Shown in pieces: positions 20,815-30,473 of a stretch of 64,000 nt of DNA; position 1 is the first letter of the stretch; each line of letters starts with the position of its first letter. The translations under genes were made by a program, and so were the position numbers. Where the stretch lies: NCBI GenBank assembly GCA_963782055.1, contig CAWAIF010000003.1, positions 4,352,001-4,416,000 on the forward strand. The letters run 5' to 3'. This DNA is from an uncultured delta proteobacterium (GTDB lineage Bacteria > Myxococcota_A > Polyangia > Polyangiales > Polyangiaceae). Under the pieces are notes generated by a model that was given only the letters and a program-made list of their open reading frames with translations, made no database searches and was not told where the DNA came from.

Positions 20815-21291
20815 CTACCCGCCCGCGCGCGCCAGCAGCTCCTCCCGCGTCATGCGCGTCGGGTCGGCGGGCAGCGCGGCGCCCCCCAGCGCCACCCCGC
20901 TCGCGTAGCGCCACGCGCCACCCTCGCGGACGAAGGTGGATAGCTCGGCGAGCGACCGGTCCGCGCCCTTCTCGAAGATGCGCGCGTAGAAGAGCACCTC
21001 CCCCGTGCCGCCCTCCTCCGATGCATGCATGATACACAGACCGAGGAAGCGCTGCCGCACCCGCGCCTCCGCCAGGGCGCGGGCCAGCTCGGCCTCGGGC
21101 AGGACGCGGTCGGGGTGCTCCCGCGCGAGCGTCCGGACGAGGTACTCGCCGAGCCCGAGCGCGAACGCCGCGTAGCGCGATCGCATCAGCTCCTCCGGCG
21201 TCGCCGCCTCCCGCTCGGCCCGGTGCAGCGGCCCGCAGCACGCCGCGTAGCGGCGCCCGGAGTGGCAGGGGCAGTCACGCGGAGGGGACAC
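20815..21291 (-). CDS. YchJ family protein (SEC-C motif)
   Basis: CPCHSGRRYAACC; PEELMRSRYAAF; ELSTFVREGGAWRY. Confidence 0.88.
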   Translation of the reverse strand: MSPPRDCPCHSGRRYAACCGPLHRAEREAATPEELMRSRYAAFALGLGEYLVRTLAREHPDRVLPEAELARALAEARVRQRFLGLCIMHASEEGGTGEVLFYARIFEKGADRSLAELSTFVREGGAWRYASGVALGGAALPADPTRMTREELLARAGG

Positions 21292-21326
21292 GCCGCCAGC
21301 ATAGGTGATACGCCTCCGGTTCGACC

Positions 21327-21803
21327 ATGGCGCTCTCCAAGCCCGCCCTCAAGGACGAGCTCGCCGCCCTGCTGCGCGGTGATCTCGCCGCCGTCGAGCA
21401 AGCCCACCGCACGACGCGCGAAGGCGTCACGCACGAGGAGGCGCGCCCGGAGAACGACAAGGACACCCGCGCCCTGGAGCAATCGTACCTCGCGCGTGGC
21501 CAGGCGATGCGCGCGCTCGAGCTGCGCACCGCCGTCGCGGAGGTCCAGGCGATGCCGCTGCGCGCCACGCCCGAGGGTCCCGTCACCCTGGGCGCGCTGG
21601 TGACGGTGGAGGAGGAGGGCGCGGAGCAGACGCTCTTCATCGCGCCGCAGGGCGGCGGGAGTCGCCTCGCGGGGGGACGGGTGCAGGTGGTCACGCCCCG
21701 CTCCCCCCTCGGCCGCGCGCTGCTCGGACACCGCGCGGGCGACGACTGCACCGTCACGCTCGCCGGACGCGTGCGCGAGCTCGTCGTCGTGCGCGTGGAC
21801 TGA
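21327..21803 (+). CDS. GreA/GreB family protein
   Basis: ENDKDTRALEQSYLA; VTLGALV; VVTPRSPLGRALLG. Confidence 0.82.
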   Translation: MALSKPALKDELAALLRGDLAAVEQAHRTTREGVTHEEARPENDKDTRALEQSYLARGQAMRALELRTAVAEVQAMPLRATPEGPVTLGALVTVEEEGAEQTLFIAPQGGGSRLAGGRVQVVTPRSPLGRALLGHRAGDDCTVTLAGRVRELVVVRVD

Positions 21804-21834
21804 CTCAGCTCGCCTGAAGCGGCGGAGGGACGCC

Positions 21835-22266
21835 TCAGGTGGAATGACGCGGCCGGCGGCGCACGTGGGCCCCGTCGGAGGTCTCGCTGCGCAGCTTGCG
21901 GCCGCTATGCAGCGTCCCCACCGCGGAGACGAAGATGAGGATCTCGGTGGCGACCTTCACCGACGCGTGCGACGGCGTCATGTGGAACACCAGCTCGGAG
22001 AAGCGCACGGTGAACCACTCGTCGACATGGGCCGCCGGCGCCCCGGAGGAGTGCTGCCAGAGGAAGCGCGCGAGGGTGGTGAGCACGCACTCGTTCAGCA
22101 GCCACTGCGACAGCACGTTGACGATGATGAACCCGATCGCGAACACGCCGTAGACGCGGGTGACCCGCGGCCAGCGGTGCCAGAAGAGCAGCGGCATCCC
22201 GACCACCCAGAGCACCATCAGCAGGGCGTGCATGGCGTCAACGGCGGAGGCGAGGAGGGCGACCAC
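21835..22266 (-). CDS. Small membrane protein (DUF2784-like)
   Basis: H...ECVLT motif with TM helices; start uncertain. Confidence 0.55.
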   Translation of the reverse strand: MVALLASAVDAMHALLMVLWVVGMPLLFWHRWPRVTRVYGVFAIGFIIVNVLSQWLLNECVLTTLARFLWQHSSGAPAAHVDEWFTVRFSELVFHMTPSHASVKVATEILIFVSAVGTLHSGRKLRSETSDGAHVRRRPRHST

Positions 22267-22396
22267 GTCCGGTGTAGGTGCAAGATGGCGACCAGCCGTG
22301 GAGCACGCCCGGCAGCGCGTGGCGCGCCGCGGCACGCGGCTCCGGTCGCATTCCTTGCGCCTGGATGCACCCCTCGCGCGTGTGCGAAGGGCCGCC

Positions 22397-23194
22397 TCAG
22401 CCGTGCGCGAAGCGCTCGAAGCGCGTCATCAGATCGCGGCCGCCGCGCTGGAACAGATCGCCGTGGTGGCCCCCGCGCACCTCGACGAGCGTCGCGCCGG
22501 GGATCGCGCCGGCGACGCGCTGGCCCATCCAGAACGGGACGATGCCGTCGTCGTCGCCGTGGATGACGAGGGTGGGCACGTGGATGGAGCTCGCCTTGGA
22601 CAGCGTGGCGAACTGGTCGGGCACCAGCAGGCTCGCGGGGACGATGGGCGCGCGGTCGGTCACCAGGTCGGGGATGGAGGTGTACGGCGCCACGAGCACC
22701 AGCGCGGCGCACCGCCCGCGGCGCGCCATCTCGGCGGCGACGCCGGTCCCGAGGGAAGTGCCCCAGAGCACCACGCGGTCCGGCCCCACACCGCGGGCGG
22801 CGAGCCAGTCGAGCGCGGCGGCCGCGTCGAGGTAGACCCCCTGCTCGTCCGGCGACGCCTCCCCGCGCGACATGCCGTAGCCGCGGTACTCCACCAGCAG
22901 CACCCCCATCCCGTTTGCGTGCAGCGCGCGCGCGGGCGCGAGATCGCCCGTCATGCTGTCGGAGTTGTTGTGAAAGTGCACCACGACGCGCGCGCCCGGC
23001 GGTCCGGGCAGCTCCAGCGCATGCACCGGGACACCGTCGCGCGCGATGAGCGTGCGGAGGATCGCATCCTTCGGCACCGCGCTCGCGCGCGCGCGGTCGG
23101 CGCGGAAGAGCAGCCTGCGCGAGACGTCGCGCGTGCACGCCACGAGCCCCAGCACGACGAGCAAGAGGGACAGGGTGATGCGAGCGCGACGCAC
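22397..23194 (-). CDS. Alpha/beta hydrolase
   Basis: EYRGYG, GTSLG nucleophile, HGDDDGIVP, GGHH. Confidence 0.88.
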   Translation of the reverse strand: MRRARITLSLLLVVLGLVACTRDVSRRLLFRADRARASAVPKDAILRTLIARDGVPVHALELPGPPGARVVVHFHNNSDSMTGDLAPARALHANGMGVLLVEYRGYGMSRGEASPDEQGVYLDAAAALDWLAARGVGPDRVVLWGTSLGTGVAAEMARRGRCAALVLVAPYTSIPDLVTDRAPIVPASLLVPDQFATLSKASSIHVPTLVIHGDDDGIVPFWMGQRVAGAIPGATLVEVRGGHHGDLFQRGGRDLMTRFERFAHG

Positions 23195-23326
23195 TCATCA
23201 TTTCTAGATCGGCGCGCACGCCTCGGCCACGCCGAATCGCGTCGGGGGGGAAGGCTCACCCCCTCCGGGCGCACCGGGCGCGGACCCGGCGCTTGATTCG
23301 CGGCGACATCGGCGCACACTGCCGCG

Positions 23327-23761
23327 ATGCGTCTCGTACGGGCCGCGCTCGCCCTCGTGCTCCTCGCCTGCGGCGGCGCGAGCGCGCCCGCCCCGCGCAC
23401 GACGACCGCGCCGCGCCCCGATCGCTGGTCGCGGCTGAGCTGGGACGATCGCCACGACCTGATGACCTTCCTGGTGCTCCCCAACATGGCGCCGCTCTTC
23501 CAGCGCGAGCAGCGCCACCCCTTCCCCGACATGACCTGTCGCACCTGCCACGGCCAGGACGCCGAGGCGGTGCACTACGCGATGCCGCACGGGCTGCCCG
23601 CGCTCGATCCCGCGCACATGCCCGACCGCCGCTCGTCCGACCCGAAGGTCGCGCGCATGGCGGCCTTCATGGCGGACGAGGTCACGCCGCGCATGGCGGC
23701 CATGCTGGGCAAGCCGGACCTGGGCTGCTTCGACTGCCACACCAAGGGAGGCGCGCGATGA
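23327..23761 (+). CDS. Diheme c-type cytochrome lipoprotein
   Basis: Lipobox LLAC; CRTCH and CFDCH. Confidence 0.75.
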   Translation: MRLVRAALALVLLACGGASAPAPRTTTAPRPDRWSRLSWDDRHDLMTFLVLPNMAPLFQREQRHPFPDMTCRTCHGQDAEAVHYAMPHGLPALDPAHMPDRRSSDPKVARMAAFMADEVTPRMAAMLGKPDLGCFDCHTKGGAR

Positions 23762-24642
23762 GTGGGCCTGTCGGGCGGCGTGCCGTCCTCGCCGGCGCGG
23801 TGGGCGCCGCCATCGCCGCCGCCTCCCGCCCTGCGCGCGCCGAGGGTGACGGCCTGCCGCCGGTGATCTTCGTCAGCCACGGCGCCCCCATGCTGCTCGG
23901 GGACCCCTCGCGCATCGAGGCGCTGCGCGCGTGGGGCAAGCGCCTGAGCCGGCCGCGCGGCATCCTCGCGATGACGCCGCACTACGGGAGGCGCCGGCTG
24001 GAGCTCGGCACCGTCGGCCGCGGCCACGCCATGCTCGATCTGCCAGGGTGGATCCGCCGGCAGCTCCCGCGCGGCCTCACCTACGCCACACCCCCCAACG
24101 ACGCGCTCGCCGCCCGTGTCGACGCGGTGCTCGGCGGCGTGCGGCGCGCCGGCCGCAGACCCGGCTTCGATCACACGACGTGGATGCCCCTCACCGGCCT
24201 CTTCCCCGCGGCCGACATCCCGGTGCTGGAGCTCTCCTATCCCTTCACGCCCGAGGCGGATCAGCTCGCCCTCGGCCGGCGCCTCGCGCCGCTGCGGGAG
24301 GAGGGCATCCTCCTTTTCGCGAGCGGCGGGATGACGCACAACCTGGCGTCGTTCCCCTTCGGCGGTGAGGGCAAGCCGGTCGCCGTCCCGCCGTGGGCGC
24401 GCGCCTTCGACGCGTGGGCCGCCACCGCCATCGAGCGGCTGGACGCGGAGGCCCTCGTCGACTGGCGCCGGCGGGCTCCGCAGAGCGATCTCGCCCACCC
24501 CGACGAGGGCGGCCACTTCCGCGTCATGCTGGTGGCCATGGGTTTTGCCCTCGGCGGGGCGCGACCACCGCGCCACGTCACCTTTCCGGTCACCGGCTTC
24601 GAGGCGACCCTGTCCAACCGCTGCGTCCAGCTCTCCGGCTGA
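23758..24642 (+). CDS. DODA/YgiD-type extradiol dioxygenase with twin-arginine signal
   Basis: FVSHGAP, FDHTTWMPL, ASGGMTHNL, AHP..GHF; N-terminal GRRAVLAG...ARA. Confidence 0.8.
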   Translation: MSGPVGRRAVLAGAVGAAIAAASRPARAEGDGLPPVIFVSHGAPMLLGDPSRIEALRAWGKRLSRPRGILAMTPHYGRRRLELGTVGRGHAMLDLPGWIRRQLPRGLTYATPPNDALAARVDAVLGGVRRAGRRPGFDHTTWMPLTGLFPAADIPVLELSYPFTPEADQLALGRRLAPLREEGILLFASGGMTHNLASFPFGGEGKPVAVPPWARAFDAWAATAIERLDAEALVDWRRRAPQSDLAHPDEGGHFRVMLVAMGFALGGARPPRHVTFPVTGFEATLSNRCVQLSG

Positions 24643-24724
24643 GCTGGCCGGGGATGCAGGGCTTGTGCGCCGGGCCCCGGGGGGCGCTAAGCTGGGCGGC
24701 GTTGGCTCGCGAAGCGGAGGGCGC

Positions 24725-25930
24725 ATGAGCACGCACGTCGGGGTGGGCACCAGCGTGAACCGTAAGCCTGCGCTGGCGGGGCGCGAGGCGACCCGCGCCG
24801 CGCTCCAGCCGCTCGCCGGGGAGCATCCGGCGCTGGTGCTCGCCTTCGCGACCACCGGCTACGATCAGCAGGCGCTCCTCGAGGCCATCGCCGCCGAGCT
24901 GCCGCCGGGCACCACCCTCAGCGGATGTAGCGCGGCCGGCGTCATCACACGCGCGCGCTCCGACGAGGGCTCGCACGTGGTGGGGGTCATGGCCATCGCA
25001 GCCGATGGCGTGCGGGCGCGCACGCTCGTCGCCGGGAACGCGTGCACCGACCCGCTCGCGTGCGGTCGCGATCTCGCACGGCAGATCCGCGCGTCGTCCA
25101 CCGGAAGCGACAGGGCGGTGCTGCTCTTCTCCGAGGGCCTGCGGGCCAACGTCTCCGGTGTCGTGCGCGGCTTCCACGAAGTCCTCGACGCGCTCCCGGT
25201 CGTCGGCGGGTGCGCGGGCGACGCCCTCACCTTCCAGCAGACCTACCAGTACGACGGCGCGCGCGCCGTCAGCGGGTCCGCGGCCGCGGTCGTGCTCTCC
25301 GGCGACCTGGAGGTGGAGATCGGCGTCAGCCACGGCTGCGAGCCCTTCGCGCTGGAGGAGCCGATCACCCGCGCCGAGGGCGGGTGGGTGCACGAGATCG
25401 GCGGGCGCCCCGCGTGGGACTTCTTCAAGGAGTACCTGGGCAACCTGGACACGCTCGACGCGCTCGCCATCTCCTACCTGTGCCTCGCCGAGCGCCTGGA
25501 CGAGACGTCCGGAGCCTACGGGGACTTTCTCATCCGGGTGCCGCTGGAGCTCGACAAGGAGACCGGCTCCCTCTTCTTCCCCGGCGGTCTGGAGCCGGGC
25601 ACGCGCGTGCACGTGGCCCGCCGGCGGGCCGAGCGCATCGTCGAGAACGCCAGGACGCTCTCCGCCGACATGGTCGCGCACCACGGCCGCCCGGACCTCA
25701 TGCTGCAGTTCGACTGCGCCGGCCGCGGGCGTCTCATGTTCGGGGAGGGTACGAGCGAGCGGCTCATCACGCCGGTGCAGCAGGTGGTCGGCGCCGACGT
25801 GCCGTGGCTGGGGCTGCACACCTTCGGGGAGATCGCCCCTGTCGCCGGCAAGACCCACTTCCACAACTTCACCGTCGCCTTCTGTGGCATGTACCTCGGG
25901 CGCGGCGAGGGGGGCGTCGGTGGGGGATGA
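24725..25930 (+). CDS. FIST domain protein (NosP-like)
   Basis: LSGCSAAG, PVVGGCAGD, VSHGC, FDCAGRG, GLHTFGEI, HFHNFT. Confidence 0.88.
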   Translation: MSTHVGVGTSVNRKPALAGREATRAALQPLAGEHPALVLAFATTGYDQQALLEAIAAELPPGTTLSGCSAAGVITRARSDEGSHVVGVMAIAADGVRARTLVAGNACTDPLACGRDLARQIRASSTGSDRAVLLFSEGLRANVSGVVRGFHEVLDALPVVGGCAGDALTFQQTYQYDGARAVSGSAAAVVLSGDLEVEIGVSHGCEPFALEEPITRAEGGWVHEIGGRPAWDFFKEYLGNLDTLDALAISYLCLAERLDETSGAYGDFLIRVPLELDKETGSLFFPGGLEPGTRVHVARRRAERIVENARTLSADMVAHHGRPDLMLQFDCAGRGRLMFGEGTSERLITPVQQVVGADVPWLGLHTFGEIAPVAGKTHFHNFTVAFCGMYLGRGEGGVGGG

Positions 25931-27278
25931 CGCGCTGAAGCGACGGCTGGACGCCCTCAACGATCAGCTCAAGGAGCTGGTCCGGACGGAGCGCGACCTG
26001 TACGTCTCGCAGCGGGCGCTCGACGAGCAGCTCCGGCGGCTGCGCATGCTGGGCGCCTACTCGGTGGCGGCCAGCGGCGCGTCGCCGTCGGAGACCGTCA
26101 CCCTCGCGCTGGAGCTGCTCATGGGCATCTTCGCGGTGGAGCAGGGCGCGGGCTGGCTCGCCGCGGATGGCGGCGTGCGGCTCGTCGCCGTCCGCGCCCA
26201 GCCGGGGTGCGAGGCGGACAGCGCGCGGCACGTCGGCATGCGCGCCGCCGTCTCCCTCGCCGATCTGGATTTCCGCCCGCAGGTGACGGACAACACCCCC
26301 GCCAGGGGGACGACAGCGTGCCTGATCGATCTCACGGCTCGCGCCTTCGAGGAGGCGGGCGCCGCGCCGCCTCTCGCCTCGCTGGTGCTGCCGCTCGCCG
26401 CTCACGGCGAGGGGATCGCCGGCGCGCTCGTCTTCCAGCGCTTCACCGACCTCTTCATCTTCCACGAGCGGCTCCCCACGACCGCCGACGCCGACTTCCT
26501 CGATCTGGTGGCGCGGCAGGTCTCGGTGGCCATCGCCAACGCGCGCCTGGTCGAGGACCTTCGCCGCAGCTACCACGACCTGGCGCAGGCGCAGCGCGGG
26601 CTGGTGGAGAAGGAGCGCCTCGCCGCGGTGGGCGAGCTCGCCGCGCAGATGGCCCACGAGGTGCGCAACCCCCTCGGCGCCGTCTTCAACTCGCTGGCCC
26701 GGCTGCGCACCGTGCTCCGACCGGAGGGCGAGGCGGACCTCCTGCTCGGCATCATGGAAGAGGAGTCGCGCCGCCTCAACCGCATCGTCGACAACCTGCT
26801 CGCCTTCGCGCGGCCGCGGGCGCCGAGCCTGGCGCCTGTGCGGATCGACGCGGTGGTGCGCGGCGCCCTCGCGCACGCCACTCGCTCGGAGAGCTTACAA
26901 GCGCTGCAGGTGTCGGTCGAGAGCGAGGACATCGGCCCGACGGTGATGGACGCGCACATGATGGAGCAGGCCATCCTCAACCTGCTGCTCAACGCCGCCG
27001 AGGCGATGCGCGGCGGGGGGCTGCTGCGCGTGCGCTCGCTGCGCGAGTCGGTCGCGGGCGCCGACTTCGTGCGGATCGACGTCGCCGACACCGGCGCGGG
27101 CATCTCGGAGGAGGACCGCGCGCGGCTCTACCAGCCCTTCTTCACGACCAAGGCGACCGGCACCGGACTGGGCCTGGCCATCGTCAAGCGGGTGGTCGAT
27201 GCCCACGGAGGCGAGACCTTCTTCGACTCCACGCCGGGGGGCAGCACCTTCTCCATCCGCCTCCCCTTCCAGCCCTAA
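25920..27278 (+). CDS. GAF-like + HisKA + HATPase sensor histidine kinase
   Basis: AHEVRNPL, NLLLNA, DTGAGI, FFTTKATGTGLGL; overlaps the FIST stop. Confidence 0.9.
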   Translation: MGDDALKRRLDALNDQLKELVRTERDLYVSQRALDEQLRRLRMLGAYSVAASGASPSETVTLALELLMGIFAVEQGAGWLAADGGVRLVAVRAQPGCEADSARHVGMRAAVSLADLDFRPQVTDNTPARGTTACLIDLTARAFEEAGAAPPLASLVLPLAAHGEGIAGALVFQRFTDLFIFHERLPTTADADFLDLVARQVSVAIANARLVEDLRRSYHDLAQAQRGLVEKERLAAVGELAAQMAHEVRNPLGAVFNSLARLRTVLRPEGEADLLLGIMEEESRRLNRIVDNLLAFARPRAPSLAPVRIDAVVRGALAHATRSESLQALQVSVESEDIGPTVMDAHMMEQAILNLLLNAAEAMRGGGLLRVRSLRESVAGADFVRIDVADTGAGISEEDRARLYQPFFTTKATGTGLGLAIVKRVVDAHGGETFFDSTPGGSTFSIRLPFQP

Positions 27279-27401
27279 TCTCGCGCTCGCGGGCCGCCAG
27301 CGGTCGCCGCTGACCCGACCGAGCGTTCGAGGCCCCAGCCCCGGAGAAAATGGGCCTGGGGCCCCCGATCCCCCTTGAAACGGCAGCGCCGCGGAGCAAT
27401 A

Positions 27402-27419
27402 TTATCATACGAATGATAA
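27402..27419. promoter_or_regulatory. Palindromic operator overlapping the efflux-operon start codon
   Basis: TTATCAT-ACGA-ATGATAA; TTGAAA -35-like at 27375-27380. Confidence 0.7.
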
Positions 27420-28381
27420 ATAACTCCCGACTGGCCCTGTCCGTGCTCGCCGGCGCCCTCGCCCTGGGGCCCGGGTGCGCCCGGCACACCAAGGTGCCCC
27501 CCGGCTACCAGGGCATCGTGGAGTACGACGAGCGCGTCGTCTCCTTCGAGGTCCCCGGCCGCATCGCGAAGGTGGAGGTCCACCGCGGGGACGTGGTCAA
27601 GGCGGGCAATCCCCTCGCGCAGCTCGACGACACGCTCGAGCGCCGCATCCGCGACGCCCGAGACGCCGAGGCCGACGGCGCCCGCGCCGACGTCGCCCTC
27701 CTCGAGGCGGGCTCGCGCCGCGAGGACATCGGCTCGGCCGCGGCCAACCTGCGCTCCGCGCTCGCCGCCGAGTCGCTCGCCAAGAAGACCTACGAGCGCT
27801 CCCTTAGCCTGTTCAACGACCACGCCATCCCGGAGGCGGAGCTGGATCGCGGCAAGGCGGAGCTGGACCGCGCGAAGGGCGCGCGGCAGGCGCTGGAGGA
27901 CCAGCTCTCCGCCCTGCGTCATGGCGCGCGCCCCGAGCAGATCGCCGCCGCCAAGGCGCGCCTCGCCGCGGCGGAGGCAGGCGTCGCGCTGGAGGACGAG
28001 CGCCTCGCCCGGTACACGCTCGCCGCGCACGAGGGCGGGGCGGTGCTGGACGTCCACGTGGAGCCGGGCGAGCTGGCCGGCGTCGGCACTCCCGCGGCAA
28101 CCCTGGCGGACGTGAACCACCCCTACGCCGACGTGTTCGTCCCCCAGGGCGAGATGGACGGCGTGAAGATCGGCGACGCCGCCACGGTGCACGTCGACGC
28201 GACCAGCGCGCCATTCCACGGCACGGTGGAGTACGTCGCGCACCGCACCGCCTTCACCCCGCGCTTCCTGTTCAGCGAGCAGGAGCGTCCCAACCTGGTC
28301 ATCCGCGTGCGCGTCCGCATCGAGGACCCCACCCAGCGCCTCCACGCGGGCGTCCCCGCCTTCGCCACCATCGCCCGATGA
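27413..28381 (+). CDS. HlyD-family membrane fusion protein (YbhG-like)
   Basis: GRIAKVEVHRGDVVKAG, coiled-coil, AFTPRF. Confidence 0.88.
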   Translation: MINNSRLALSVLAGALALGPGCARHTKVPPGYQGIVEYDERVVSFEVPGRIAKVEVHRGDVVKAGNPLAQLDDTLERRIRDARDAEADGARADVALLEAGSRREDIGSAAANLRSALAAESLAKKTYERSLSLFNDHAIPEAELDRGKAELDRAKGARQALEDQLSALRHGARPEQIAAAKARLAAAEAGVALEDERLARYTLAAHEGGAVLDVHVEPGELAGVGTPAATLADVNHPYADVFVPQGEMDGVKIGDAATVHVDATSAPFHGTVEYVAHRTAFTPRFLFSEQERPNLVIRVRVRIEDPTQRLHAGVPAFATIAR

Positions 28382-29349
28382 GCCAGCCCGCCGTCGCCGA
28401 GCAGGCCGACACGGGCGAGGAGCCCATCATCCACACCGAGCACCTCTCGAAGAGCTTCGGGGACCTGGTGGCGGTGCGTGACGTGTCGCTGCGCGTGCGG
28501 CGCGGGGAGATCTTCGGCGTGCTGGGCCCAAACGGAGCGGGCAAGTCCACCACCATCCGCATGCTGTGCGGCATCCTCGACCCGAGCGGCGGGCACGGCA
28601 CCGTCGTCGGCTTCGACATCGCCCGCGACGCCGAGCGCATCAAGGAGCGCATCGGCTACATGACCCAGCGCTTCAGCCTCTACGAGGACCTCACGGTGCT
28701 GGAGAACCTGCGCTTCTACGCCGGCATCTACGGCGTCCCGCGCAAGGGGCGCCGCGCCCGGGTCGAGGAGGTGCTCGCCATCAGCGGCCTCGCGCCGCGC
28801 AGGGACCAGCTCTCCGGCACCCTCTCCGGCGGGTGGAAGCAGCGCGTCGCGCTGGCCTCCGCCACCATCCACCGCCCTCCCCTCCTCTTTCTGGACGAGC
28901 CCACCGCCGGCGTCGACCCGGTGAGCCGCCGCGATTTCTGGGAGCAGATCCACCAGCTCGCCGCGCAGGGCACCACGGTGCTCCTCACCACGCACTACAT
29001 GGACGAGGCGGAGCGCTGCCACCGCCTCGCCTTCATCTTCCGCGGCCAGCTCCTGGACGTGGGCACGCCCGACGAGATCGTCGCCCGCCGCAACCTCGCC
29101 GTCGCCGAGCTCGACGTCGACCGCGCGACGGAGGCCGCCACGCTGCTGCGCGCCGACCCGCGCGTGGAGGAGGTGGCGCACTACGGCCACGTGCTGCGCC
29201 TCGCCGCGCGCGACGGCAGGGACCCGATCGCGCTCGCCCGCGAGGTGCTCGGCGAGCACGGCGTCGCGGTGGAGAGCGGCCGCCGCGTGCGCACGACGGT
29301 CGAGGACGCCTTCGTGGCGATGGTCCGCGCCGACGGGAGGGACGCGTGA
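28378..29349 (+). CDS. ABC transporter ATP-binding protein
   Basis: GPNGAGKST, LSGGWKQR, LFLDEPTAGVDP, TTHYMDEAE. Confidence 0.95.
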   Translation: MSQPAVAEQADTGEEPIIHTEHLSKSFGDLVAVRDVSLRVRRGEIFGVLGPNGAGKSTTIRMLCGILDPSGGHGTVVGFDIARDAERIKERIGYMTQRFSLYEDLTVLENLRFYAGIYGVPRKGRRARVEEVLAISGLAPRRDQLSGTLSGGWKQRVALASATIHRPPLLFLDEPTAGVDPVSRRDFWEQIHQLAAQGTTVLLTTHYMDEAERCHRLAFIFRGQLLDVGTPDEIVARRNLAVAELDVDRATEAATLLRADPRVEEVAHYGHVLRLAARDGRDPIALAREVLGEHGVAVESGRRVRTTVEDAFVAMVRADGRDA

Positions 29350-30473
29350 GCCCGCGTGTCTTCATCATCGCGTGGAAGGAGCTGCTGCAGCTCCGGCGCG
29401 ATCGCATGACCCTCGCGATGATGACGGCGCTGCCCGTCGTGCAGCTGTTGCTCTTCGGCTACGCGATCAACACCGACGTCCGCCACATCCCGACGATCTT
29501 CTTCGACCAGGACCGGAGCGCCGAGTCGCGCGATCTGGAGCAGAGCCTGCTCGCCACCGGCTTCTACGACGAGGTGGGCGCCGTCGAGGGCTACCCCGAG
29601 GTGGAGCGCGCCCTCCGCGCCGGCGACGCGCGCGTGGCGCTCGTGATCCCTCCCCACTACGCCTCCGACCTCACCCGCGGGCGCACCGCGGAGGTCCAGC
29701 TCGTCGTCGACGGCTCCGACCCGCAGATCGTCGCGAGCGCCACCAACACCGCCGCCTCGCTCGTCGCCGCGCGCTCGAGCGAGCTGATGGTCTCGCGCCT
29801 CGCCGCCTCCGGCGTCAAGACCGCCGGGCAGCCCATCTCGCTCGAACCCAACACCTGGTACAACCCCGACCTGCGCACGGCGGTCTTCATCGTGCCCGGC
29901 ATCGTCGGCGTCATCCTGACGATGACCATGGTGATGCTCACCGCCATGGCCATCGCGCGGGAGCGCGAGCGCGGGACGCTCGAGCAGCTCATCGTCTCGC
30001 CCGTGCGCAAGATGGAGCTCGTGGTGGGCAAGATCCTGCCGTACGTCGCCATCGGGTACGTGCAGATGACGCTCATCCTGCTCACCGGGCGGGTCGTCTT
30101 CAACGTGCCGGTGGTCGGCTCGCTGCCGCTGCTCTACGCGCTGGCCTTCCTCTTCATCGCCGCCAACCTCGCCATCGGCCTCTTCTTCTCCACGCTGGCC
30201 AAGACGCAGCAGCAGGCGATGCAGATGTCCTTCTTCTTCCTCTTGCCCAACATCCTGCTCAGCGGGTTCATGTTCCCCTTCGAGGCCATGCCCAAGCCGG
30301 CGCAGTGGCTCTCGCAGGTCCTCCCGCTCACCCACTTCTTGCGCATCGTCCGCGGCATCGTCCTGAAGGGCAGCCACTTCGACGATCTCAGCAAGGAGCT
30401 GCTCTGGCTCAGCGCCATCCTCGTGGGCATCGTGGTGCTCACCTCCAGGCGCTTCACCAAGAAGATCGTCTGA
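29346..30473 (+). CDS. ABC-2 type permease (YbhR/S-like)
   Basis: KELLQLRRDR, RERERGTLEQL, LLSGFMFP. Confidence 0.92.
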   Translation: MSPRVFIIAWKELLQLRRDRMTLAMMTALPVVQLLLFGYAINTDVRHIPTIFFDQDRSAESRDLEQSLLATGFYDEVGAVEGYPEVERALRAGDARVALVIPPHYASDLTRGRTAEVQLVVDGSDPQIVASATNTAASLVAARSSELMVSRLAASGVKTAGQPISLEPNTWYNPDLRTAVFIVPGIVGVILTMTMVMLTAMAIARERERGTLEQLIVSPVRKMELVVGKILPYVAIGYVQMTLILLTGRVVFNVPVVGSLPLLYALAFLFIAANLAIGLFFSTLAKTQQQAMQMSFFFLLPNILLSGFMFPFEAMPKPAQWLSQVLPLTHFLRIVRGIVLKGSHFDDLSKELLWLSAILVGIVVLTSRRFTKKIV

